Shown: positions 1-8,267, numbered from the stretch's first letter. The stretch: 64,000 nt of DNA from Candidatus Gorgyraea atricola (GCA_030765235.1 JAVCCW010000028.1:24744-88743); one strand, 5' to 3'. Translations and numbers: made by a program. Notes: generated by a model from the sequence alone, not told the origin.

Positions 1-392
1 ATTGTGGCAGTGGCGCAATAGGCATTGAGGCCTTTTCGCGAGGCGCAAAAAGCATTAGTTTTGTTGAGAACGATGCCAGGTGTATTGCTATATTAAAGAA
101 GAATATATCTTTATTGCAGTTATCTAAAATAAATATATATGCTAGGGACGCGCTAAGGTGGATTAAGGAGAATAAGGAGGCTTTTGACATTGTTTTTCTT
201 GACCCGCCTTACTATAAAGACATGGCCAAAAAGACCTTGATAGCGCTATCTGATTGTGATATACTGGCTCGCAATGCGCTAGTAATAATAGAGGCGTATA
301 AGAAGGATATCCTGCCTGAAGAGGCGGGAACTTTAAAGAAAATACGCACCTGTAAGTACGGCGACACAAAACTGGAGTTCTATAAGACATGA
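1..392 (+). CDS. rsmD: 16S rRNA (guanine966-N2)-methyltransferase RsmD; 5' end lies outside the window
   Basis: Frame-3 translation from nt 3 reads GSGAIGIEAFSRGAKSISFVENDARC...IVFLDPPY (class I MTase glycine motif plus DPPY substrate motif). Stop at 390-392. Classic rsmD-coaD adjacency, with an ATGA overlap to the next gene. Confidence 0.75.
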   Translation, partial: CGSGAIGIEAFSRGAKSISFVENDARCIAILKKNISLLQLSKINIYARDALRWIKENKEAFDIVFLDPPYYKDMAKKTLIALSDCDILARNALVIIEAYKKDILPEEAGTLKKIRTCKYGDTKLEFYKT

Positions 393-868
393 AGAAGATA
401 GTCGTGTATCCTGGCAGTTTTGACCCGATGACCTATGGCCACCTGGACATTATAAAAAGGGCACTGAAGATATCAGATAAGGTAGTGGTGGCAGTCGCGC
501 ATAACTCTGAGAAGATGCCGCTTTTTGATGTAGGCGAAAGGGTCGATCTTTTAAAGAGGGCAGTCAAGGGATTTAAGAGGGTAGAGGTGGATGACTTTGA
601 CGGGCTGATCGTAGACTATGTCAAAAAAAAGAAGGCATCGGTTGTGATCAGAGGACTTCGCATGATCTCGGATTTTGAATATGAATTCCAGATGGCGCTT
701 ACCAATAGAAAGCTTGCCAGTAATATCGAGACCATTTTTATGATGCCCTCAGAGTCTTATTCGTATTTATCAAGCAAATTAATCAAAGAGGCAGCAGCCC
801 TTGGAGCAAATCTAAAAGGTTTTGTCCCTCCCTTTATAGAAAAGGCAATCAAAGAGAAACTAGGATAG
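389..868 (+). CDS. coaD: phosphopantetheine adenylyltransferase
   Basis: 159 aa. MKKIVVYPGSFDPMTYGHLDII carries the T/HxGH nucleotidyltransferase motif. Size and context are typical. Confidence 0.9.
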   Translation: MKKIVVYPGSFDPMTYGHLDIIKRALKISDKVVVAVAHNSEKMPLFDVGERVDLLKRAVKGFKRVEVDDFDGLIVDYVKKKKASVVIRGLRMISDFEYEFQMALTNRKLASNIETIFMMPSESYSYLSSKLIKEAAALGANLKGFVPPFIEKAIKEKLG

Positions 869-1813
869 GTGTATATGGGCTTTGTAGAAAAGATATACAA
901 GCAAGCCAAAAGAGCAAAAAAACGCATACTCCTGCCTGAGGGCAAAGAGCCCCGCGTTTTAAAGGCAGTTGATTTTATATTGAAGCATGATATATGCGTA
1001 CCTGTTCTTATCGCAGGCCCGGATGATTATAAAAATTTAGATAAGTATGTATCGCTTTATTGCGAGATCCGGAAACATAAAAATGTAAAAGAGAGTGACG
1101 CGCGGAGATTGATTTTGGAAAATCCTGTTTTTTATTCCGCGCTCGCAGTACGCGCAGGAGACGCGGATGGTTTTGTGGCAGGCGCATCTACCACTACGCG
1201 CGACGTTGCAAGAGCGGCTATCCATTGCATAGGGCCTGCAGAGGGTACGAAAACTATATCGAGCTCAAGCATTGTTATCCTTTCTGATGAGACCCTTGGA
1301 TCTAACGGGGTCCTTGTATACGCGGACTCAGGTATCATACCTGACCCTACTGCTGAACAGTTATGCGATATCGCGATAGCGTCTGCTAAGATGGCGCAGG
1401 CGCTGCTGGATGATGAGCCAAGGGTGGCAATGCTTAGCTATTCCACAAAAGGAAGCGGTGGTTCTGGAAAGAGCATAGAAAAGGTCCGCCAGGCAACGAA
1501 ACTTGTGATGGAAAAGGAACCGGATATAGTTATAGACGGAGAAATACAGATCGATTGCGCTGTTGTATCTAGTGTGGCTAAAAGAAAAGACCCTGACGGT
1601 AAAATAAAAGGCAAGGCAAACGTCTTTATCTTCCCAAATCTGGATGCGGGGAATATAGCTTATAAATTAACAGAGCGGCTTGCAAAGGCCCATGTGATCG
1701 GGCCTTTACTGCAAGGTCTTAAGAAACCTGCTAGCGATCTGTCCAGGGGCTGCGATTCACAGGATATCGTTGACGCGGTAGCAGTAACCGCGTTGAGGGC
1801 ACAAGAAGTTTAA
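869..1813 (+). CDS. pta: phosphate acetyltransferase (short-form Pta/PTA_PTB family)
   Basis: 314 aa. Collinear with short Pta proteins (RVAMLSYSTKGSG, ANVFIFPNLDAGNIAYKL, DLSRGC). Start is GTG at 869 or ATG at 875. Confidence 0.8.
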   Translation: MYMGFVEKIYKQAKRAKKRILLPEGKEPRVLKAVDFILKHDICVPVLIAGPDDYKNLDKYVSLYCEIRKHKNVKESDARRLILENPVFYSALAVRAGDADGFVAGASTTTRDVARAAIHCIGPAEGTKTISSSSIVILSDETLGSNGVLVYADSGIIPDPTAEQLCDIAIASAKMAQALLDDEPRVAMLSYSTKGSGGSGKSIEKVRQATKLVMEKEPDIVIDGEIQIDCAVVSSVAKRKDPDGKIKGKANVFIFPNLDAGNIAYKLTERLAKAHVIGPLLQGLKKPASDLSRGCDSQDIVDAVAVTALRAQEV

Positions 1814-1905
1814 AGGCAAAGGTCTTTAAATAGAAAGGTAGGCTTTAGCCTGCCTTAATAGAAAAAGACCTTTGCTACATTATGTAGGTCACACTTTAGT
1901 GTGAC
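1813..1905. terminator. nested stem-loops in the pta-ackA intergenic region
   Basis: An outer inverted repeat aggcaaaggtcttt / aaagacctttgct encloses the hairpin aggtaggc-ttta-gcctgcct. A second hairpin, gtcacact-tt-agtgtgac, lies at 1888-1905. There is no clear U-tract, so this could be a terminator or an RNA-processing/regulatory structure. Confidence 0.4.
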
Positions 1906-1930
1906 AAAAGAGTGTGCCAAAAATTAAATT

Positions 1931-2959
1931 ATGAAAATTCTAGTATTAAATAGCGGAAGTTCATCCATAAAATATAAGCTCTTTGACATATCAAAGAATA
2001 AAGAAACGCTTTTAGATAAAGGCATGGCGGAGAGAGTTTCTGATCATAAGGAGGCGTTGAGTTTAATATTGAAAAAAATAGATTCAAAGATAGAGGCCTG
2101 TGGTCACAGGGTCGTGCATGGCGGGGATAGATTTAAAACAGCAGCACTGATCGATGAAACTGTAATGGAGACAATAGAACATTTTAGTGAATTAGCACCT
2201 CTTCATAATCCGCCAGCGCTTCTGACAATAAATGAGTCAAAGAAACTTCTTCCGGATGTGCCGCACGTAGCAGTGTTTGATACAGCCTTTTTTCAGACAA
2301 TGCCGGAATGCGCGTATCTATATGCTATACCGTATGCGCTTTACGAGAAACACAAGATCCGAAAATATGGTTTTCATGGCACATCTCATAAGTATGTAGC
2401 AGGTCAGGCCGCGAGGATCTTGAAAAAGTCCATTGATAAGCTAAAGATCATCACCTGTCATCTGGGGAATGGATGCAGTATAGCTGCTGTTAAAAGCGGC
2501 AAGGCCATTGATACAAGTATGGGATTTACGCCTTTGGAAGGCCTTATCATGGGGACGCGCTCAGGAGATATTGATCCGACAATAGTTTCTTATATTATGA
2601 AGAAACAGGGCGTGGATATTGATAGGGCGATTGAGATTTTGAACAAGGAGAGCGGGCTTTTAGGTATCTCGGGTATAAGCAATGACATGCGCGAGATAGT
2701 AAGAAAAAAAGACGATAAGAGGTCAGCCCTTGCGCTAAAGATGTTTGCGTACAGGATTAAAAAATACATCGGCGCTTATATAGCTTCAATGGGTGGAGTG
2801 GATGCAGTGGTCTTTACAGGTGGTATTGGCGAGAATCACCCAAACCTGGTGAAAGAAATATGCAAAGACGTTGTATCGCCAAAGGTCAGGATATTATCGA
2901 TTCCAACAGATGAGGAATTGATGATCGCGAGAGATACGTATGAAAATATATGTAGATAA
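1931..2959 (+). CDS. ackA: acetate kinase family (acetate/propionate kinase)
   Basis: MKILVLNSGSSSIKYKLFD N-terminus, RKYGFHGTSHKYV, VFTGGIGEN and PTDEELMIARD motifs. 342 aa is about 50 aa shorter than typical AckA. Confidence 0.75.
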   Translation: MKILVLNSGSSSIKYKLFDISKNKETLLDKGMAERVSDHKEALSLILKKIDSKIEACGHRVVHGGDRFKTAALIDETVMETIEHFSELAPLHNPPALLTINESKKLLPDVPHVAVFDTAFFQTMPECAYLYAIPYALYEKHKIRKYGFHGTSHKYVAGQAARILKKSIDKLKIITCHLGNGCSIAAVKSGKAIDTSMGFTPLEGLIMGTRSGDIDPTIVSYIMKKQGVDIDRAIEILNKESGLLGISGISNDMREIVRKKDDKRSALALKMFAYRIKKYIGAYIASMGGVDAVVFTGGIGENHPNLVKEICKDVVSPKVRILSIPTDEELMIARDTYENICR

Positions 2960-3410
2960 GATATTGCCAGAGGGATTAGATCTTGCAGAGAAAATAGACC
3001 CGGGTAAGATCTCGTCGGATCTGGCAAAGCAGGGCACGGCTTTTTTTGATTCAATAGATGTGAAGGCAAGGGTCACAAAGGCAGGGATGGAGGTCTTTGT
3101 CGATATTTCCCTGGAATCACCTGTTGAATATACGTGCAGTCGCTGTCTTGCTAAGATCAAGGATACTTTTAAGAAAAGTTTTAACACCAATTATGAAGTC
3201 CATCCAGGAGATATTCTGGAGATAGATGACGACATAAGACAGGAAATAATGCTGGATAGTCCGATAAAGATCGTTTGCAAACCTGATTGTAAAGGGCTAT
3301 GCCCGAATTGCGGTCAGAATTTCAATGTAGATGAATGTGAGTGCAAAACAGAAAACAGAAAACAGAAGACAGAAGACGGAAGACAGAAAAATCTGTTATC
3401 TGACCTCTGA
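2940..3410 (+). CDS. yceD: YceD/DUF177 family protein (large-subunit rRNA maturation factor)
   Basis: C-terminal Cys cluster CKPDCKGLCPNCGQNFNVDECEC. Lies immediately upstream of rpmF-plsX, as in most bacteria. The 3' end carries a 6x ACAGAAR heptamer repeat. Confidence 0.75.
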   Translation: MKIYVDKILPEGLDLAEKIDPGKISSDLAKQGTAFFDSIDVKARVTKAGMEVFVDISLESPVEYTCSRCLAKIKDTFKKSFNTNYEVHPGDILEIDDDIRQEIMLDSPIKIVCKPDCKGLCPNCGQNFNVDECECKTENRKQKTEDGRQKNLLSDL

Positions 3411-3427
3411 CTTCTGTCATCTGAACG
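3346..3427 (+). repeat. tandem heptamer (ACAGAAR) x6 followed by its inverted complement (tctgtt...tctgtcatctg) at the yceD 3' end and stop
   Basis: acagaaaacagaaaacagaagacagaagacggaagacagaaa, then atctgttatctgacctctgacttctgtcatctg. Read directly from the sequence. Confidence 0.7.
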
Positions 3428-3448
3428 ATTATACAAGGAGGTTGAGAA

Positions 3449-3649
3449 ATGGCTTTACCAAAACGAAGACATTCGAGTTCAAGGCAGGGTAAGCGCAGAG
3501 GCGCGCAGAAGATCCATGTGCCGAGCGTATCAGTATGTCCGGATTGCAAGGCGCCAAAGTTATCACACAGGGTATGTCCTGCCTGTGGCTTTTACAAAGG
3601 CAGACAAGTCGTGCAGATAAAGAAGAAAGAGAAAGAAGAGAAGAAGTAG
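3449..3649 (+). CDS. rpmF: 50S ribosomal protein L32
   Basis: MALPKRRHSSSRQGKRRG...CPDCKAPKLSHRVCPACGFYKGRQV is a zinc-ribbon L32. The Lys/Glu-rich tail is encoded by a purine repeat. Confidence 0.9.
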   Translation: MALPKRRHSSSRQGKRRGAQKIHVPSVSVCPDCKAPKLSHRVCPACGFYKGRQVVQIKKKEKEEKK

Positions 3650-3654
3650 TAGTG

Positions 3655-3765
3655 AGGGACAAGGGACATGGGACCCCATACGAGAATCAAAGATTTCGTA
3701 CGGGGCAGGCAAGAGACAAGGGGGTTTAGATACTCCTTGTCCCTTGTTGCTTGTCACTTGTCCCC
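3655..3765. repeat. palindromic mini-repeat, intergenic copy (GGGACAA heptamers + core hairpin + inverted CCTTGTC arm)
   Basis: gggacaagggacatgggaccccatacgagaatcaaagatttcgtacggggcaggcaagagacaaggg...ccttgtcccttgttgcttgtcacttgtcccc. The core ccccatacga...tcgtacgggg is an inverted repeat. Near-identical cores occur at 6091-6157 and 30067-30138. Confidence 0.8.
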
Positions 3766-3782
3766 AAAGATGAGGTTTTGTC

Positions 3783-4769
3783 ATGATAAAGATAGCTTTA
3801 GACGCAATGGGATCGGATAATGCGCCGGGTGTGGATATTGAGGGTGCTGTGCTGGCGGCCCGTGAATATGACCACCAGATAATCCTGGTGGGTCAAAAAG
3901 ACCTCATTGAAAAGGAACTTGAAAATCACGGATCTATTCCAAAAAATATCTCCATAGAGCATGCCCCAGAGGTCATAGGCATGCACGAGCAGCCCGTTCT
4001 TAGCGTCAGAAGAAAAAAACATTCCTCTATTGTGACCCTGGCGAATCTTGCAAAAGAAAAAAAGGTAGACGCTATTGTCAGCGCGGGCAATACAGGCGCA
4101 ATGGTGTGCGCTGCCACGCTTAAATGCAGGCTTCTTCCTGGAATAGAAAGGGCAGGCATAGGTATTGTCATGCCTACCTTAAGAGATACGGCCTTGATGA
4201 TAGATGTAGGAGCTAATATAGGCGCTAAGCCCAAGCATCTCCTGCAGTATGCGATAATGGGAAGCGCCTATTCAGAATGTATATTAAATAAAAAATCCCC
4301 AAAGGTAGGGCTTCTGAATATCGGAGAGGAAGAATCAAAAGGCACGGGTTTTTTGAAAGAGGCATATGGACTTTTAGAGCTCTCGGGCCTGAATTTTATA
4401 GGCAATATCGAGGGCAGGGATCTTTTTATGGGAGATTGCGATGTTATCGTGTGCGATGGCCTGGTCGGGAATGTGGCGCTCAAGGTTTCAGAGAGCACTG
4501 CGCACGCCCTTACAGAGATGCTTAAGCAATACCTGAACAGCAGTTTTATTACAAGGCTTTCTGCTGTACTGGGCAGAAGCGCCTTTCGTTTATATAAGAA
4601 AAAGATGGATTCTGCCGAGTATGGCGGCGCGCCGCTTTTGGGTATAAATGGGATCTCTATAATATGCCATGGTTCTTCGAGCGCCAAGGCGATCAAGAAC
4701 GCTATTCGGGTAGCAGGCGAAGAATTCAATAAGAATGTAAATCAACATATAGTTGAGAAGATTTCATAG
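3783..4769 (+). CDS. plsX: phosphate acyltransferase PlsX
   Basis: 328 aa. MIKIALDAMGSDNAP N-terminus. Sits in the canonical rpmF-plsX-fabH position. Confidence 0.85.
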   Translation: MIKIALDAMGSDNAPGVDIEGAVLAAREYDHQIILVGQKDLIEKELENHGSIPKNISIEHAPEVIGMHEQPVLSVRRKKHSSIVTLANLAKEKKVDAIVSAGNTGAMVCAATLKCRLLPGIERAGIGIVMPTLRDTALMIDVGANIGAKPKHLLQYAIMGSAYSECILNKKSPKVGLLNIGEEESKGTGFLKEAYGLLELSGLNFIGNIEGRDLFMGDCDVIVCDGLVGNVALKVSESTAHALTEMLKQYLNSSFITRLSAVLGRSAFRLYKKKMDSAEYGGAPLLGINGISIICHGSSSAKAIKNAIRVAGEEFNKNVNQHIVEKIS

Positions 4770-4781
4770 AGAGGAGATGCG

Positions 4782-5759
4782 ATGCAGGAAGCTGGGATAT
4801 TAGGGTTAGGCTGTTATCTACCTCCAAAGAAATTAACGAACAGTGATATCGAAAAAATGGTAGATACAACGAATGAGTGGATAATTACTCGAACAGGCAT
4901 TAAAGAAAGAAGGATCGCGCCTAAAGAAGTTGCTGCGAGTGATCTTGGCGTCGAGGCGTCCAAGGCTGCTATTGAAAATGCCGGATTAAAACCAGAGGAT
5001 ATTGATTTAATTATTACAGCTACAATAACCCCTGACATGGCATTTCCTGCTACGGCGTGCATTATACAGGATAAGATCGGCGCAAAAAATGCTGCTGCAT
5101 TTGACATAAACGCTGCATGTACTGGTTTTGTTTATGGTATAGTCCTGGCCAAACAGTTTATTAATACAGGTACATATAATAATGTTTTAGTAGTGGGTAC
5201 AGAAAAGCTGACGAGCATTGTTGACTGGACAGATAGATCGACCTGTGTATTATTTGGAGATGGCGCAGGCGCGTGTGTAGTGGGAAAGAGTAAAGAAAAG
5301 AGGATAGTTTCTAGCTTCCTGGGCGCAGACGGCTCAGGCGGTCATCTTTTAAGTATGCCTGCGGGCGGCTCAAGATTACCTGCTACAGAGGATACAGTTA
5401 AAAATAAGCTGCATTTTCTTAAGATGGAAGGAAATGAGGTATTCAAGATCGCAGTCAGGATAATGGTGCAGGCTGCTGACAAGGCGATCAAGAAAGTAGG
5501 ACTTAAGCCCAGTGATATAAATCTAGTTATCCCTCATCAGGCAAATATCAGGATACTTATGGCAGTTGCAAAGAGATTGGGCCTGCCTGAAGAAAAGATT
5601 TTTTTGAATATAGAGAAATACGGAAATATGTCAGCAGCCTCTACAGCAGTTGCGCTGGCAGAAGCAGGCCAGCAGGGTAAGTTAAAGAAGGGCGATAATG
5701 TGGTGCTGGTTGCGTTTGGCGGAGGACTTACTTACGGAGCAGCTGTTATAAAATGGTAA
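4782..5759 (+). CDS. fabH: 3-oxoacyl-ACP synthase III
   Basis: 325 aa. LGLGCYLPPKKLTNSDIEKMVDTTNEWIITRTGIKERR, AACTGF active-site Cys region, and a C-terminal GGGLTYGAA. Confidence 0.9.
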   Translation: MQEAGILGLGCYLPPKKLTNSDIEKMVDTTNEWIITRTGIKERRIAPKEVAASDLGVEASKAAIENAGLKPEDIDLIITATITPDMAFPATACIIQDKIGAKNAAAFDINAACTGFVYGIVLAKQFINTGTYNNVLVVGTEKLTSIVDWTDRSTCVLFGDGAGACVVGKSKEKRIVSSFLGADGSGGHLLSMPAGGSRLPATEDTVKNKLHFLKMEGNEVFKIAVRIMVQAADKAIKKVGLKPSDINLVIPHQANIRILMAVAKRLGLPEEKIFLNIEKYGNMSAASTAVALAEAGQQGKLKKGDNVVLVAFGGGLTYGAAVIKW

Positions 5760-5760
5760 T

Positions 5761-5848
5761 AAATCGCGGAACCAGCGCAGAAGCTAAAGTAGACAAATCT
5801 GTCAGTGACTGATTTGTCTACTTTAGACGCGGAACTTACGCAGAAGCG
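5761..5848. repeat. intergenic element with aatcgcggaac terminus: 16-bp perfect stem-loop flanked by about 22-nt direct repeats
   Basis: atcgcggaaccagcgcagaagc | ctaaagtagacaaatc-tgtcagtgactg-gatttgtctactttag | acgcggaacttacgcagaagcg. The left terminus is shared with the elements at 21103 and 62511. Confidence 0.7.
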
Positions 5849-5854
5849 AAAAAT

Positions 5855-6826
5855 ATGAAAAATGTAAGTTATATTTTTCCAGGGCAGAGCGCGCAGCATG
5901 TTGGCATGGGCAAGGATCTGTATGAAAATTGCCCTGAGGCAAAAGACGCGTTTGATGAGGCAGAAAAGATTTTACCAGAGGCAGGCATTAAGAAACTCTG
6001 CTTTGAGGGACCTCTTGAAGAACTAACTCAGACAGCGAATAGTCAGGTGTGTATTCTTGTGGCTAGTGTGGCGGCGTTGAAGGCATTAGTGACAAGTGAC
6101 AAGGGACCCCATACGAAAATCGGAGATTTCGTACGGGGCAGGCAAGGGACAAGGGTTGTTGCTTGCGCAGGGCTTAGTTTGGGAGAACTCACGTCGCTTG
6201 TGGCTGCAGGAAGTATTGAATTTGCTGATGCTGTGCGCCTCGTTAGACGGCGTGGCGAATTAATGGAAGAGTCGTCCAGGAAGAATCCAGGCAGCATGGC
6301 CTCTATAATCGGCCTGGCGCTCGAGGATCTAAAAAAAGTTTGTGCTGAGACAGGCGCTGAGATAGCAAATCTAAATTGCCCTGGCCAGATAGTCATATCC
6401 GGGAGAAAAGAATCTGTTGAAAAGGCAATGCCCCTTGCGTTAGAAAAAGGCGCTAAAAAGGCAATAGCCTTAAAAGTGAGCGGAGGATTTCATTCTTCTT
6501 TAATGAAGGAGGCAGCAGATCTTTTTAAAATAGAACTGGACAAGGTAAAATTTTCAGCGCCTCAGATAGGTGTTGTCAGTAATGTAACCGCGGATTATGA
6601 AAAAACGCCTGACGAGATCAAAGATAATCTCGTTAAACAGCTATTTAGTCCAGTGCGCTGGGAAGAATCTATAAAGAGAATTGCCTCCTCAGATGGGGGC
6701 GTTGATATATTTTTTGAAATCGGCCCAGGGAAAGTGCTAAAAGGATTATTGCGTAGAATAGATGGTAATCTAAAGGTCCATAACATAGAAAAAGTACAAG
6801 ATATAGAAAATATAAAAAAGATGTAG
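5855..6826 (+). CDS. fabD: malonyl-CoA:ACP transacylase (carries an in-frame repeat insertion at 6091-6157)
   Basis: 323 aa. FPGQSAQHVGMG and the nucleophile elbow AGLSLGELTSL. The ORF is uninterrupted through the repeat. Confidence 0.85.
   Translation: MKNVSYIFPGQSAQHVGMGKDLYENCPEAKDAFDEAEKILPEAGIKKLCFEGPLEELTQTANSQVCILVASVAALKALVTSDKGPHTKIGDFVRGRQGTRVVACAGLSLGELTSLVAAGSIEFADAVRLVRRRGELMEESSRKNPGSMASIIGLALEDLKKVCAETGAEIANLNCPGQIVISGRKESVEKAMPLALEKGAKKAIALKVSGGFHSSLMKEAADLFKIELDKVKFSAPQIGVVSNVTADYEKTPDEIKDNLVKQLFSPVRWEESIKRIASSDGGVDIFFEIGPGKVLKGLLRRIDGNLKVHNIEKVQDIENIKKM
6091..6157. repeat. palindromic mini-repeat copy inside the fabD coding sequence, in-frame
   Basis: gacaagtgacaagggaccccatacgaaaatcggagatttcgtacggggcaggcaagggacaaggg, translated SDKGPHTKIGDFVRGRQGTR within FabD. 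Confidence 0.8.
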
Positions 6827-6945
6827 GGGTGAGGATGAGTTGTGGGTCGAGTTGTGAGTTGTGAGGGTGAGTTTAAAAACCCACAACCCACCCACACAAC
6901 CCGACACACAACTCATAACACACCCCCATAACTCACAACAAGAGT
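6827..6945. repeat. about 115-nt imperfect palindrome (GT-rich arm / AC-rich arm) between fabD and fabF
   Basis: gagttgtgggtcgagttgtgagttgtgagggtgagttt aaaa acccacaacccacccacacaacccgacacacaactc. Confidence 0.6.
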
Positions 6946-6952
6946 CATTATC

Positions 6953-8191
6953 ATGAAACGTCGCGTAGTAATAACAGGTCTGGGCGTAATAGCGCCGAAT
7001 GGCGTGGGTAAGCGGGCGTACTGGGATGCCTTGAAGCAGGGGCGTTCTGGCATTCGCCGAATTACGCGTTTTGACCCGAGCCCTTTTCCCACACAGTTTG
7101 CTGGTGAGGCGGATTTTGACCCTGCCAAATTTATTTCCTTTAAACAGCTAAAGCGAATGGACAGGACTTCGCATCTTGCGGTTTCAGCAGCAAAGATGGC
7201 AGTAGAAGATGCAGGCCTTAATATTAAAGACGAAGATCCTGAGCGCATAGGTGTTGTCGTAGGCACTGCAATGGCTGGCCATGGCAGGATACTTGAACAG
7301 CATGATGTATTTATAAAAAAAGGGCCGATGAAAATAGATACATTTACTGCGATAGCGTCTTTTCCAGATGCGCCGTCGAGTCAGATTTCCATAGAGCTTG
7401 GCATTAATGGCCCGAGCTTTTCTATTGCCACTGCATGTTCTTCTGCCTCAGATGCGATCGGCTATGCCTTTAATGCGATCAGAAACAAAGATCTTGATAT
7501 AGTCATTATGGGAGGTGCTGATACTCCTATATTTCCACCTATACTTGGCGCATTTTGTGTCTTAAGGGCATTGTCAAAGAGAAACGATGCGCCTGAGAGG
7601 GCCTCAAGGCCGTTTGATAAGGAAAGGGATGGTTTTGTGCTTGGCGAAGGCGCAGGGATTTTAATACTGGAAGACCTGGAACATGCCTTAAAGCGCAATG
7701 CCCATGTCTATGGCGAGATCTCAGGTTTTGGCATGACATGCGATGCCTATCATATGACAAAACCAGAGCCTTCGGGAACTCAAGCAATAAGGGCATTGAA
7801 GCAGGCATTGCAGGACGCAAAGGTGAAACCAGCCGAGATACAATATATCAATGCGCACGGCACATCAACTCTACTGAATGACAAAAACGAAACGTTTATC
7901 ATAAAAGAGGTTTTTGGAAAATACGCGACTAAGCTTCCAATAAGTTCAATAAAATCCATGATAGGACATTTAATAGGCGCTGCTGGCAGCGTGGAATTAA
8001 TAGGCGCCTTGATGGCCATTGAAGAAGGTGTCATTCCGCCTACGATAAACTATGAAGCGCCTGATCCGGAATGTGATCTTGATTTTGTACCTAATAAGGC
8101 AAGAGAGGCAAAGGTAGACGTGCTCTTAAAGAATTCGTTTGGATTCGGAGGCAAAAACTCAGCGCTTGTGGTTAAGAGTTTTAAAGGATAA
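6953..8191 (+). CDS. fabF: 3-oxoacyl-ACP synthase II (KAS II family), copy 1
   Basis: 412 aa. MKRRVVITGLGVIAP, the ATACSS active-site Cys, and HxxH...GHLxGAAG C-terminal motifs. Confidence 0.85.
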   Translation: MKRRVVITGLGVIAPNGVGKRAYWDALKQGRSGIRRITRFDPSPFPTQFAGEADFDPAKFISFKQLKRMDRTSHLAVSAAKMAVEDAGLNIKDEDPERIGVVVGTAMAGHGRILEQHDVFIKKGPMKIDTFTAIASFPDAPSSQISIELGINGPSFSIATACSSASDAIGYAFNAIRNKDLDIVIMGGADTPIFPPILGAFCVLRALSKRNDAPERASRPFDKERDGFVLGEGAGILILEDLEHALKRNAHVYGEISGFGMTCDAYHMTKPEPSGTQAIRALKQALQDAKVKPAEIQYINAHGTSTLLNDKNETFIIKEVFGKYATKLPISSIKSMIGHLIGAAGSVELIGALMAIEEGVIPPTINYEAPDPECDLDFVPNKAREAKVDVLLKNSFGFGGKNSALVVKSFKG

Positions 8192-8206
8192 CGAAGCTTT
8201 TCTGTA

Positions 8207-8246
8207 GGCCAGGTTTAAACCTGGCCTACAGAAAAGCGGAGTTATC
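8207..8246. repeat. 40-nt perfect palindrome cttttctgtaggccaggttt|aaacctggcctacagaaaag (core shared with 24753-24778)
   Basis: Perfect 20-bp arms centred on GTTTAAAC. Lies immediately after the fabF stop. A second copy of the 26-nt core occurs after gspM. Confidence 0.75.
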
Positions 8247-8267
8247 CAATGGATAACGGAGGATATT

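Noticed and set aside
3655-3765. CRISPR array hypothesis for the GGGACAA / palindromic repeats
   Set aside because: The copies are dispersed, at 3.6, 6.1, 30.1 and 42.1 kb, with no regular repeat-spacer periodicity. No cas genes are present, and two copies are inside ORFs.
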